From positions 7,010 to 71,009 of the forward strand of contig JBDRKM010000157.1 of assembly GCA_043814015.1 (NCBI GenBank): 64,000 bases of DNA, in the 5' to 3' direction. Numbering within the stretch: position 1 is the stretch's first letter; every line of letters begins with the position of its first letter. The notes under the pieces were generated by a model, which did not search any database, was not told the origin of the DNA, and saw nothing but the letters and a program-made list of their open reading frames with translations. This document shows positions 52,101 through 60,684 of this stretch, piece after piece. The translations under genes and the position numbers were made by a program. The DNA is from Pseudomonadota bacterium (GTDB lineage: Bacteria; Myxococcota_A; UBA796; JAFGLY01).

Positions 52101-53491
52101 AGCACACGGGGGTGGCCGGCGAGCAATTCCACGATGCGCACCGTTCGGCGCTCCAGATCGGGACGCGGCAGGTACTCGTTGCCCGAGGGGAGGATGGCCA
52201 GGATCTCGCGGTCGGTCTCGGTCTCGCAGCGCCAGGGCTCGTCCTTGAGGGTCGCGACGCCGATGTTGGCGGTGCGCAGGCCGGGCTTGGTGGCGTAGGG
52301 CTTGCAGAGGGCGGGCTGCACGCGGGGAGGCTCGCCGGGGGAGACGGTCAGGCGCCAGCCGAGCTGCCGGCCCTTGTCGTCCCGCTGGGCCGGGCGCCCG
52401 AGCACGGCATCGAGCTCGCCCAGCGCGCGCTCCCAGGGGCTGACAGCCAGGGCGGCGCGCACCTGACGGCGACCCTTCTCGGCGGCGGCGTCCGGGGAGG
52501 AGAGCAGATCGAGGCAGGCGTCGAGGGCCGAGAGCGCCACGGAGCAGTGGCCGCGACGGTCTGGCCGGCCGCGCTCCGGGGCGGGGCAGTCGCAGCGGAC
52601 GGTGGCCGGGTCGGCGCGCAGATCCACGCTCAGGCGGGGACGCATCCGCCCGCCGCCGCACCAGGCTTTGACCGGCTCGACGTAGATCAGGACGGGGGGG
52701 TCTTCCTCCAGGGTGAGGTGCTGGTGGGCGTCGCGTACCTGGCGGGGCTCGGCCTCGGCGCGCAGCGTGGACCGCGCGCGGGAGAGGCGCTCCCAGAGCC
52801 CCAGGAGGTGGGGATCGTCGGCGGCGGGCTGGCGCGGGAGCTGGTGGGACTGCTCCCAGGCCCGGCCCGCCTCGGCCTCCTGCACGACGCCCTCCACCAT
52901 GCGGATCGCGGCCTGCTGCAGCTCCGGAGAGGGCTCGCCGTGGCGCGGGTAGCGCCGCTGCGCCCGCACCTGGGCGCAGATCAGCTCGCGGATGGTCAGG
53001 TCGCTGGGGATGGACCACAGCAGGTAGCGCTCGTAGGGCGGGAGGTGGTCGGCCAGGGCGCCGACGCCCACATCCAGCCAGGCCTGCACACCCCGCTCGC
53101 GCGCCCAGGCCTCCAGCGGCTCGGGGGGCATGCCCGGCTGAGGCCGCGAGAAGCCAGCGCGGGGCGCGACGGCGGCCGCGCCCTCCCGCTCGACCCACTG
53201 GGCCAGGCTCTGCAGCAGGACCGGCATGGCCTGGGCCCAGATCAGCGCGCCCTGGGGCAGGCGGCGCACCTCGGCCTGGTCGATCCGCAACAGATCGCCG
53301 ATGGTGGCCATGGAGTAGCGCTCCATGAGCCGCGCCAGGGCCGAGCGCGGGTCGCGCCCCAGGCGCGCGTTCAGCGCCCAGTCGCCGAGGGGTTTGGCCT
53401 CCACCGCCTCCAGGTCCAGCGCCGCGAGCGCCTCCCGGAAGTCCCAGGGGGTGCGGGCGGCGGCGAGGCGGGAGAAACGGGAGGGAGGCAT
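49175..53491 (-). CDS. SNF2-family helicase/ATPase with SWIM-like region
   Basis: LRPYQ, LADDMGLGKT, DEAQAIKN, LTGTPVEN, LRRLK, FSQF, SLKAGGTGLNL, QATDRAHRIGQ; CDC...HC. Confidence 0.92.
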   Translation of the reverse strand: MPPSRFSRLAAARTPWDFREALAALDLEAVEAKPLGDWALNARLGRDPRSALARLMERYSMATIGDLLRIDQAEVRRLPQGALIWAQAMPVLLQSLAQWVEREGAAAVAPRAGFSRPQPGMPPEPLEAWARERGVQAWLDVGVGALADHLPPYERYLLWSIPSDLTIRELICAQVRAQRRYPRHGEPSPELQQAAIRMVEGVVQEAEAGRAWEQSHQLPRQPAADDPHLLGLWERLSRARSTLRAEAEPRQVRDAHQHLTLEEDPPVLIYVEPVKAWCGGGRMRPRLSVDLRADPATVRCDCPAPERGRPDRRGHCSVALSALDACLDLLSSPDAAAEKGRRQVRAALAVSPWERALGELDAVLGRPAQRDDKGRQLGWRLTVSPGEPPRVQPALCKPYATKPGLRTANIGVATLKDEPWRCETETDREILAILPSGNEYLPRPDLERRTVRIVELLAGHPRVLLGAQNPVHVQVRCEALVFRLRETDDGGLELQPVQGGQPVGAAAFLQRLAGAADGRLLLADAAAQRVTVLEVGDDGRKLLELLGRRGERFPAEAAPGLLARLPALAGRVSLDLSSSLGLEEVPAEPRLVLRLEAQPDASLRLEALLRPAEDAPAFSPGEGAEQVWVLRAGGYRIVRRALHAEEAEARAQLAALELPVPEPGALVQDITDPEAALGILAALRACEERCPVEWAGAARPKVTRGAQPSDLSVSVGAQRDWFGMGGQLEVDGHSVPFADVMQAVLEGRRFVRASGQAWVQLSRPFLERLRPLSDHVEVVRGNLRVTPLASAVVEDLEAAGARLDAPSAWRGWLERLRASQHLDPAVPASLVPVLRPYQADAFRWLVRTASWSPGACLADDMGLGKTVQALALLVERAPLGPALVVAPTSVGFGWIREAERFTPGLRLRLHRGADRARHLVGLGPGEVLVTSYTLLAKDEEALAAQPFATFVLDEAQAIKNPDTLRARAAQRIQAQFHLALTGTPVENRTSELWSIFRVAVPGLLGSWGHFRSRFAVPIERDQDDERRRALAAVVRPFVLRRLKREVEPDLPPRTEVQLTLDLDPAEKAFYEQLRLTALAGLTAGPLDETTGRIQVLAALTRLRQAACHPRLVDPTSKLRSTKLQVLRERIAALRENGHRALIFSQFTTLLGRARRALERDGVTCRYLDGSLTAEARQVEVDTFQRGEADVFLISLKAGGTGLNLTAATYVFHLDPWWNPAVEDQATDRAHRIGQEHPVTVYRMVSRGTVEEAILDLHASKRALVEGLLEGTGAAAKLDTNELVDLLRFGGGVRDDDPVEADEPEGLDEPDDDPEGAPVEAPAPAPARLGMLQRSPAPAAPILDASSPRLDLRASFHAWRTSDSDDLAASSLAVYTRALQRLLAWAESRGATAADAEGVRGLLAAYRAEIDANTWPDSRSTGQAASAAVGRWVAWLDQA

Positions 53492-53562
53492 GGGGGGCTC
53501 GGGGCGACCGCAGGGGATAATGGGCCGCGCCATCCGATGCACCCTTCCGCGGAGACCTTCGC

Positions 53563-54831
53563 ATGATCCCGGGCGCCCCTCAGATCCCCTTCCTCGAGGA
53601 CCTCGAGCGGCGCGGGCTGCTCGTGGACAAGACCGTCGACGTCGAAGAACCCGACTTCTCCCAGGCCCCGGTGCTGTACGTGGGCTTCGATCCCTCCGCC
53701 AGCAGCCTGCACGCCGGCAGCCTCATGCCGCTCCTGGGCATGGACCGCTTCCGCCGCCGCGGCGGGCAGCTCATCGTGCTCGTCGGTGGCGCCACGGGCC
53801 TCATCGGCGACCCCTCCGGCAAGGACCAGGAGCGCTCGCTGCAGCCCTACGAGGAGGTCGAGGCCAAGGTGGCCGCGCTGAGCGCGCAGATCGCCGGGTT
53901 CTTCGCTCGCACGCGAGGCCCCGAGCCCCTGTTCGTGAACAACGCGGACTGGTACCGCGGCATGGACGTGATCCACTTCCTGCGCGACGTGGGCAAGCAC
54001 TTCTCCGTGAACCAGATGCTCACGAAGGAGTCCGTGCGCGCCCGCATCGAGCGCGAGGGGCAGGGCATCTCCTTCACCGAGTTCTCCTACCAGCTCCTGC
54101 AGTCCTACGACTTCCTGCACCTGTTCCGCGCGCACGGCTGCACCTGGCAGATGGGCGCCTCGGACCAGTGGGGCAACATCGTCTCGGGCGTGGACCTCGT
54201 GCGGCGTTGCACCGCGGGCAAGGCGCACGGGCTCACCCTGCCGCTGCTGACCAACTCGGAGGGCAAGAAGTACGGCAAGTCCGAGTCCGGCGCGGTCTGG
54301 CTCGATCCGGAGCAGACCTCCCCCTACGCCTTCTTCCAATTCTGGCGCAACACGGCCGATGCCGACGTGGCCCGCTTCCTCACCTGGCTGACCGATCTCT
54401 CCCTGGAGGAGATCGCGGCCCTGATGGAGCACCCGGCCCACCTGCGGGTGCCCCAGGCCAGGCTCGCCGCCCTGCTCACCGCGCGGGTCCACGGCGACGA
54501 GCAGGCCGTCCTGGCGGACGGCGCCAGCGAGGTGCTGTTCTCCAACCGCTTCGAGCGCATCACCCCCGGCACCGTGGCCATGCTGAGCGGCGCGGTGCCC
54601 ACCTGCGCCGCGCCCGCCGGGGCGCCCTTCAGCGTGGCCGACGCCCTGCTGGGGCTCGAGGCCGTGAAGAGCAAGGGCGAGCTGCGCCGGCTGGTGCAGC
54701 AGCGCGGGGTGAAGGTGAACGGGGTGGTGGCCGAGAGCATGGACGACGATGTGCGCGCGCGGGGCGAGGGCCGCCCGGCGGTCATCGTTTCCATCGGCGC
54801 CGCCCGGCGCTTCCTGGTCCGCCTGGGCTGA
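53563..54831 (+). CDS. tyrS: Tyrosine--tRNA ligase
   Basis: YVGFDPSASSLHAGS, GGATGLIGDPSGK, EFSYQLLQSYDF, DQWGNI, KYGKS, S4-like tail. Confidence 0.97.
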   Translation: MIPGAPQIPFLEDLERRGLLVDKTVDVEEPDFSQAPVLYVGFDPSASSLHAGSLMPLLGMDRFRRRGGQLIVLVGGATGLIGDPSGKDQERSLQPYEEVEAKVAALSAQIAGFFARTRGPEPLFVNNADWYRGMDVIHFLRDVGKHFSVNQMLTKESVRARIEREGQGISFTEFSYQLLQSYDFLHLFRAHGCTWQMGASDQWGNIVSGVDLVRRCTAGKAHGLTLPLLTNSEGKKYGKSESGAVWLDPEQTSPYAFFQFWRNTADADVARFLTWLTDLSLEEIAALMEHPAHLRVPQARLAALLTARVHGDEQAVLADGASEVLFSNRFERITPGTVAMLSGAVPTCAAPAGAPFSVADALLGLEAVKSKGELRRLVQQRGVKVNGVVAESMDDDVRARGEGRPAVIVSIGAARRFLVRLG

Positions 54832-54843
54832 ACGCCCATCCGC

Positions 54844-55686
54844 ATGCCTGCCCCCCAGCCCCTCCCGTACCAGGGCAGCAAGCGACGCCTGGCCCCAGCC
54901 ATCCTGGCCCGCTTTCCGGCTGAGGTGGAGCGCCTGGTGGAGCCCTTCGCCGGCTCGGCGGCGCTGAGCCTGGCCGCGGCGTCCACCGGGCAGGCGCGGC
55001 GCTTCCTGCTGGGCGACGTGCTGGCGCCGCTGGCATCGTTGTGGGCGGAGATCCTTGGCGATCCCGAGGCGCTGGCCACCGCCTACGCCGCCCTGTGGCA
55101 GGCCCAGCTCAAAGATCCGCGCGGTCACTACGACGCGGTTCGCCGTGCCTTCAACGCCGAGGGTGGGGCCGCGCGCCTCTTGTACCTGCTGAACCGCTGC
55201 GTGAAGGGCGCGGTGCGCTTCAACCGCGCGGGGGAGTTCAACCAGGGACCCGACAACCGGCGGCTGGGGGCGCGGCCCGCGGTGGTGCGGGCGCGGCTGC
55301 GGGCGGCCCATGCGCTGCTGGCCGGCCGGGCCGAGGTGCGGGCCGCGGACTACGCCGCGCTGCTGGCGGAGGCCACGCCAGCGGACCTCGTCTACCTGGA
55401 CCCGCCCTGGGTGGGGGTGAGCGGCACCCGGGACGCGCGCTACCGGCAAGGGCTCGATCTGCAGCGCTTCCTGGCGGAGCTGGAGCGCGCCAACGCTCGC
55501 GGCCTGCGCTACCTCGTCAGCCTGGACGGGCGGCTCGGGGCGCGGTGCTATGGGCCGGCGTTGCCGGCTTCGCTAGGGTTGCGCAGGATCGAGCTTCCCG
55601 CGGGGCGCTCGGCTCAGGCCACGCTGCATGGGCGGGTGGAGGAGACCTTCGAGTCGCTGTACCTGGGGCCGGGGTTGGGGAAGTAA
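54844..55686 (+). CDS. Dam-like (D12 class) DNA adenine methyltransferase
   Basis: PYQGSKR, EPFAGSAA, VRFN..GEFN, VYLDPPW. Confidence 0.88.
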   Translation: MPAPQPLPYQGSKRRLAPAILARFPAEVERLVEPFAGSAALSLAAASTGQARRFLLGDVLAPLASLWAEILGDPEALATAYAALWQAQLKDPRGHYDAVRRAFNAEGGAARLLYLLNRCVKGAVRFNRAGEFNQGPDNRRLGARPAVVRARLRAAHALLAGRAEVRAADYAALLAEATPADLVYLDPPWVGVSGTRDARYRQGLDLQRFLAELERANARGLRYLVSLDGRLGARCYGPALPASLGLRRIELPAGRSAQATLHGRVEETFESLYLGPGLGK

Positions 55687-55714
55687 ACGCGGTGGGCGCC
55701 GGTTATCCGACCCC

Positions 55715-57115
55715 ATGCCCCGCCCCCTCCTCCCCCCGCTGCTCCTGGCCCTCGCGGCCTGCTCCTCCCCCCCACCGCCGCCCTCCACCCTGGCGGACGG
55801 CTCCCCGCGTCCCAACATCCTGCTCATCGACATCGACTCCATGCGCGCCGACCGCCTCCTGCTGGAGCGCGACGGCCGGCCCGTGGCCCCCCACCTGCAG
55901 GCCCTGGCGGCGCAGGGCGTGCGGTTCGAGCACGCGGTCAGCCAGGCAGGCTGGACCCAACCCGCCCTGGCGGCCCTGCTCTCGGGCCGCTACCCGCCCG
56001 CCATCGAGCAGCGGCGCGACAAGAAGCTCACCTGGCTGCCCGAGGGTACACCTTCCCTGCCCACCATCCTCGGCTGGTACGGCTACCACACGGCGGTGGT
56101 CTGGGGCCAGACCCTGCCCCAGGCCTTCCCGGAGCTCTCCAAGGGCTTCGACGAGGTCTACCAGGAGCCCGAGGGCGAGGCCTACGCTCCGGGCTCCTTC
56201 CTGGACGACTGGCTCGATGAGCACGCGGAAGAACCCTTCTTCCTGATGATCCACGAGCTGGACCTGCACTGCCCGCGCCCGCCCGCGCCGGATTCCTGGA
56301 TCGCCCCCTGGGCCGAGCCCCTGCCGCGGGACGAGGAGCCCTGCCTGCACGGGCTGATGCGCCGCTGGGGGCCGCAGCTCCCCGCCGCGGCCCTGCAGCC
56401 CCGCATGATCGCCCACTACGACGGCGGGCTCGCCTTCTACGACGACGTGCTCGGCGGCACGCTGGCGCGCCTGGAGGCGGCGGGCAAGCTGGCACACACG
56501 GTGGTGGTGCTGCTCTCGGATCACGGCCAGGACCTCTTCGAGCACGGCGAGATCGGCCACGGGATGCAGTGGGAGAGCGTGCTGCGCGTGCCGCTGGTGG
56601 TGCTGGATCCAACTCACGCCGCGCCCGGCCTGGTGCGCGACGAGGTGGTCCAGACGGTCGACATCGCCCCCACCCTGCTGGCGCTCGCCGGCATCCCCCT
56701 GGACCAGCAGATGGTGGGCCGCTCCCTGGCACCCCTGCTGCAGCCCGGCGAGGCCGACTGGCCCGGGCGCCCTGTCTGGAGCCTGACGGACCGCGAGGCG
56801 GCCTCGCTGCAGGACGGCACCTGGAAGATGCTCAGCCGACGCATCCCACCGGGCCCCCACAGCGGGCCCCACGGCGAAGAGATGCGCCAGGCCTGGGTGC
56901 GGTACGAGCTGTTCGATCTGGCGGCGGACCCGGGGGAGCGCCACGACCTCGCCGACGAGGACCCCCGCCGCGCCCAGGAGCTGCGCCGGCGCCTGGCTGC
57001 CTGGGTGCAGGAGCGCCTGGCCCAGGGTCAAGGAGCCTCGGGGCTGGAGCTGGGCGAGGAGCAGCGCAGGAAGCTGCAGGAGGGCGGCTACTGGGAGCGG
57101 GTGCGGGAGCGCTGA
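55715..57115 (+). CDS. Sulfatase-like (alkaline phosphatase superfamily) lipoprotein, Thr-type
   Basis: LAAC; PNILLIDIDSMRAD, WTQPA, SDHG, RVPL, VDIAPTLL, ELFDLAADPGE. Confidence 0.88.
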   Translation: MPRPLLPPLLLALAACSSPPPPPSTLADGSPRPNILLIDIDSMRADRLLLERDGRPVAPHLQALAAQGVRFEHAVSQAGWTQPALAALLSGRYPPAIEQRRDKKLTWLPEGTPSLPTILGWYGYHTAVVWGQTLPQAFPELSKGFDEVYQEPEGEAYAPGSFLDDWLDEHAEEPFFLMIHELDLHCPRPPAPDSWIAPWAEPLPRDEEPCLHGLMRRWGPQLPAAALQPRMIAHYDGGLAFYDDVLGGTLARLEAAGKLAHTVVVLLSDHGQDLFEHGEIGHGMQWESVLRVPLVVLDPTHAAPGLVRDEVVQTVDIAPTLLALAGIPLDQQMVGRSLAPLLQPGEADWPGRPVWSLTDREAASLQDGTWKMLSRRIPPGPHSGPHGEEMRQAWVRYELFDLAADPGERHDLADEDPRRAQELRRRLAAWVQERLAQGQGASGLELGEEQRRKLQEGGYWERVRER

Positions 57116-59130
57116 GCCCACCGCCACGCGCCGACGACCAGCAAGACCATCGCCGCCATACTTCCGATCCCGAGGGGCAGCCATGGGAATCGCCGCGGCC
57201 CGGGCGCGGCCTCCGCCTCGGGGGCCCGGGGTGCCTCGGCCGCGGGCGGCCCACCCGGAGGTGACCCACCTGGGCCACCTCCACGCGGCCCCGCAGGCGG
57301 CGCGCTCACCCCCGGCGCGCCCTGGCCAGGAGCGCCCTCGGGCAGCCAGGGCGGGGCCTCCAGGCGCAGGAGCGCGCCCTCGGGCTGGTGGCCTTCGGTG
57401 CTGGTGAACCAGGGGGCGACAGTGGTGCTGCCGCCGGCCACCAGCAGGGTGCCGCGGCGCTCGGCCACCCAGACCCGGCCGTCGGGCAGCCAGCCCACGG
57501 CGGCCGGATCGCCAGGCAGGCGCGGGCCGGCCGGGGTGCAGGCGCTCGGGGCGCAGGCCAGGATCTCGCCGGACTCCATGCCCACCAGGGCCTCATCTCC
57601 GCGGGCGGCGATGGCCGTGATCCGCGAGGGGGGCAGCTCGGCCACGCGCGCGCCCCGCAGCCAGAGGGAGCCGAGCAGGGCCAGCCAGTCCCCGGCCGCC
57701 CGGGCGCGGCTCCAGTCGGTCTGCGCCGTGGGCGCGGACGCCCAGATGGCCTCGGCCGGGGCGGCGCAGTCGGTCAGCAGCAGCACGCTCTTCGGGCCGA
57801 GCAGGTGGGCCTGGCTGCCGTCGCCATCGAGCTGCACGCCGCCCTGCTCGGGGCACTTCAGCCATTGGTCGTCCGCGTACCGCCAGAGCTGGCCACCCAC
57901 GTCCAGGCCCCACAGCGCGCCCTGGCCGCCGGGGGCCACGGCGGCGAGCCCGTTGCGGCGCCCGGCCTGGGGGTGCTCCGGGGTGGCCAGGCGCTGCCAG
58001 TGGCCGGCGGCGTCCAGCATGGAGAGGCCCTCGAAGTCGAGCGCGGCCAGGCCGCGGCCCAGGGAGACCACGCCGATGGCGTCGGTGACCGGGGCGTCGT
58101 GCCCGGACTGCTGGGCCCAGGAGGCTCCGCCGTCGGTGGACAGGTAGGTGCCGGTGCCCATCAGGGCCAGCAGCAGCCGCCCGCTCTCGTCGATGGCGGC
58201 GCCGCCGGTGACCGTGGCGAGGAAGCCGCTGCGGGCCGTGCCCAGGGCGCCGCCCTGCACCCGCAGGGGCCCCTGACGAAAGGTGCCCACCAGGGCGCCG
58301 TGGCCGGGCACGGACCAGGCCCCGGTGGGGCGCACCAGGCCCTCATCCAGCCCGAGGCCCGTGAGCGGGATGCCCTGGAGCTGCCCGTGGGCCAGCAGCG
58401 CCAGGGGGCCGGTGGGGCCGTGCTCGCCCGCCAGGGTCAAGACCGGCGTGCCGTCATCGTCGGCGATGCCGGTGACGATGGCGCCCGCGGCCTGCAGCAG
58501 GACCTCGCCCGCGTCCTGGTCCACCAGGCGGCCATCCGCCCAGCCTACCAGCAGGTGCCCGCCCACCAGGCCGAGCGCGCTGACCTGGCCGCCGCGCTCG
58601 GTGTGGTCGAAGGAGCGCCCGCCGTCGTCGGAGGACCACAGGCCGTCGTCCACGGTGCCGACCCAGACGTCATCGCCGCGGGCGGCGAGCACCCAGGGGT
58701 CCACGCCGTCCAGGGCGGTGGTGATGGCGCCGGTGGGCTCGACCCTCAGCACCCCGGCCGCCTCCCCGCGCACCGCCACCACGCCGCCACCGTCGCCCGC
58801 GGCCACGAGGTCCACCGCCAGGCTGCCAGCGGGCAGATCGCCCAGGGAGCGCGCCTCTCCGGCGACGAGCCAGAGGCTGGCCCCCGGGGTGGCCCAGGCG
58901 CCGCCGTCGACCAGGGCGGCGACGCGGCGTGTGTCACGGGGGAAGCGCGGATCCCGCTCCCAGCCGCTCAGCTCGGGCCCGCTGCGCAGCACCCCGACGC
59001 GGGTGGCGACCAGCACGACCTCGCCGGCGGCCGAGGCGTCCAGCACGTGCCCCCGCTCGGGCCCCACGGCCTGCCAGCCGTCGGCGGCCTGGGCGGCGAA
59101 GGCGGCGAGCAGGGCGAGGAGAGGGATCAT
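57088..59130 (-). CDS. Secreted beta-propeller (BNR/Asp-box) protein with Pro-rich linker and C-terminal membrane anchor
   Basis: Signal; WQAVGP, SSDDGGRSF, STDGGASW; TM helix followed by basic residues. Confidence 0.8.
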   Translation of the reverse strand: MIPLLALLAAFAAQAADGWQAVGPERGHVLDASAAGEVVLVATRVGVLRSGPELSGWERDPRFPRDTRRVAALVDGGAWATPGASLWLVAGEARSLGDLPAGSLAVDLVAAGDGGGVVAVRGEAAGVLRVEPTGAITTALDGVDPWVLAARGDDVWVGTVDDGLWSSDDGGRSFDHTERGGQVSALGLVGGHLLVGWADGRLVDQDAGEVLLQAAGAIVTGIADDDGTPVLTLAGEHGPTGPLALLAHGQLQGIPLTGLGLDEGLVRPTGAWSVPGHGALVGTFRQGPLRVQGGALGTARSGFLATVTGGAAIDESGRLLLALMGTGTYLSTDGGASWAQQSGHDAPVTDAIGVVSLGRGLAALDFEGLSMLDAAGHWQRLATPEHPQAGRRNGLAAVAPGGQGALWGLDVGGQLWRYADDQWLKCPEQGGVQLDGDGSQAHLLGPKSVLLLTDCAAPAEAIWASAPTAQTDWSRARAAGDWLALLGSLWLRGARVAELPPSRITAIAARGDEALVGMESGEILACAPSACTPAGPRLPGDPAAVGWLPDGRVWVAERRGTLLVAGGSTTVAPWFTSTEGHQPEGALLRLEAPPWLPEGAPGQGAPGVSAPPAGPRGGGPGGSPPGGPPAAEAPRAPEAEAAPGPRRFPWLPLGIGSMAAMVLLVVGAWRWAQRSRTRSQ

Positions 59131-59181
59131 GGACAGCTTGTAGCCTGCTGTTTTTGGTTAGTCCCCTCCCCGAGGTCCCCC

Positions 59182-59790
59182 ATGCTCAACGCGCGCTCCC
59201 TGCTCATCATCGTCCTCCTCCTGCCCGCCTGCTCGCGCTCGGGCCCGAAGCCTGGCTCGGTCCGGGTGGCCTCCTCCAGCGCGGAAGAGGCGGCGCCGGC
59301 CGTGCCGCACGTGGCCACCGCCGCGGACGACGCGGGCTGCGCGCCCCTGCCGCCCACCCCGGTCACGGGGCCCGACTGCCTCTCCGGCACGCTGTCCTGC
59401 GGCCAGCGCATCCGCACCACCACCGCGGGCGGCAGCCAGGTCTTCGACGGGGGCCGCTACCTGAAGTCCTACTGCTTCCCCACCGTGGCCGAGGCGGGCC
59501 GGGGGCCCGAGCGGGTGTACCGCTTCGAGCTGGCGGCGGGCCAGCGGGCCACCCTCACCCTCGACAGCCCCTGCGGCGAGCTGGCGCTGGTCGCGCTGCG
59601 CTGGGAGCCGGAGGAGGCCTGCCCGGGGCCCGAGGAGGCCATCTCCGAGTGCGAGGGCGCCTCCGCCTACGGCGGCGCCGAGGTGCGCCTCGAGGAGAAC
59701 CGCGACGCGGCCCACTACCTGGTGATCGTGGACGGAGCCGCGGGCGATGGGCTGCCCTTCACGCTCACAGCGGCCTGCGAAGGTCCGTAG
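59182..59790 (+). CDS. Cys-rich hypothetical lipoprotein
   Basis: GAGG RBS; LPAC; GPERVYRF...YLVIVDG (PPC-like module). Confidence 0.75.
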   Translation: MLNARSLLIIVLLLPACSRSGPKPGSVRVASSSAEEAAPAVPHVATAADDAGCAPLPPTPVTGPDCLSGTLSCGQRIRTTTAGGSQVFDGGRYLKSYCFPTVAEAGRGPERVYRFELAAGQRATLTLDSPCGELALVALRWEPEEACPGPEEAISECEGASAYGGAEVRLEENRDAAHYLVIVDGAAGDGLPFTLTAACEGP

Positions 59791-60607
59791 CGGGCAGCAC
59801 CTCGTTCATGGCGCCGGTGCGGTAGCCGGACAGATCGAGCGCCACGTAGCGGAAGCCGGCGGCGCGCAGGGCCTCGACGACCTGGGCGCGCAGTGGCTCG
59901 GCGGTCAGCCGCGGGATCTCGGCCGGGTCCACCTCCAGGCGGGCCACGTCGCCGTGGTCGCGCACCCGCAGGCGGCCGAGCCCGAGGGCGACGAGGGCGC
60001 GCTCGGCGGCGTCGATGCGGGCCAGGGTGGCGCGCGCGATGGGGCGGCCGTAGGGCACGCGCGAGGAGAGGCAGGCCATGGCGGGTTTGTCCCAGTTGGG
60101 CAGCCCGAGCGCCCTGGCCATGGCGCGCACCATGGGCTTGTGGATGCCCAACTCCAGCAGCGGGGCCAGGGCACCGGCCTCGCGGGCCGCCCGCGATCCA
60201 GGGCGGAAATCGCCGAGATCGTCGGCGTTGCTGCCCTCGAGGAGCGCGGCCAGGCCCTCCTCGTCTGCGACGGCGCGCACCAGCGCGAACAGCCCGCGCT
60301 TGCAGTGGAAGCAGCGGTCCGGGCCGTTGGCCACGAAGGCGGGGTCCTCCATTTCGCAGGTCTCCACCACCCGGACCCGCGCGCCCAGCGCGGCGGCCAG
60401 GGCCAGGGCGGCGGACTCCTCGCCGCCGGGCACGGTGGGAGAGCGGCCGAAGACCGCGAGGGCGCGGGGGCCGAGCGCCCGCTGGGCCGCGGCCAGCAGC
60501 AGGGTGCTGTCCACCCCGCCGGAGTAGGCCACGGCCACGGAGCCCAGCCCGAGCAGGTGCTCGTGCAGGGCGGCGAGGGCGCGGTGGACGGCGGCGGGCT
60601 CGATCAT
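59765..60607 (-). CDS. larE: ATP-dependent sacrificial sulfur transferase LarE
   Basis: AYSGGVDS, RCFHCK, GSNADD..DFRPG, WDKPAMACLSSRVPYG, RVRDHG, GYRTGAMN. Confidence 0.92.
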   Translation of the reverse strand: MIEPAAVHRALAALHEHLLGLGSVAVAYSGGVDSTLLLAAAQRALGPRALAVFGRSPTVPGGEESAALALAAALGARVRVVETCEMEDPAFVANGPDRCFHCKRGLFALVRAVADEEGLAALLEGSNADDLGDFRPGSRAAREAGALAPLLELGIHKPMVRAMARALGLPNWDKPAMACLSSRVPYGRPIARATLARIDAAERALVALGLGRLRVRDHGDVARLEVDPAEIPRLTAEPLRAQVVEALRAAGFRYVALDLSGYRTGAMNEVLPATDLRRPL

Positions 60608-60684
60608 GGTGGCCCGGGGAGTACCGCCGGTGGCCGGGCGGTGCAAGCGTGGGCCCGCGGCAGGGTGGGCGCGCTCACCGGGGG

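Noticed and set aside
44438-53566. Very long antisense ORFs (44438..47920 and 49496..53566) and similar shadow ORFs elsewhere
   Set aside because: They mirror valS and SNF2 on the opposite strand, an expected artefact of high-GC codon bias, and show no motifs.
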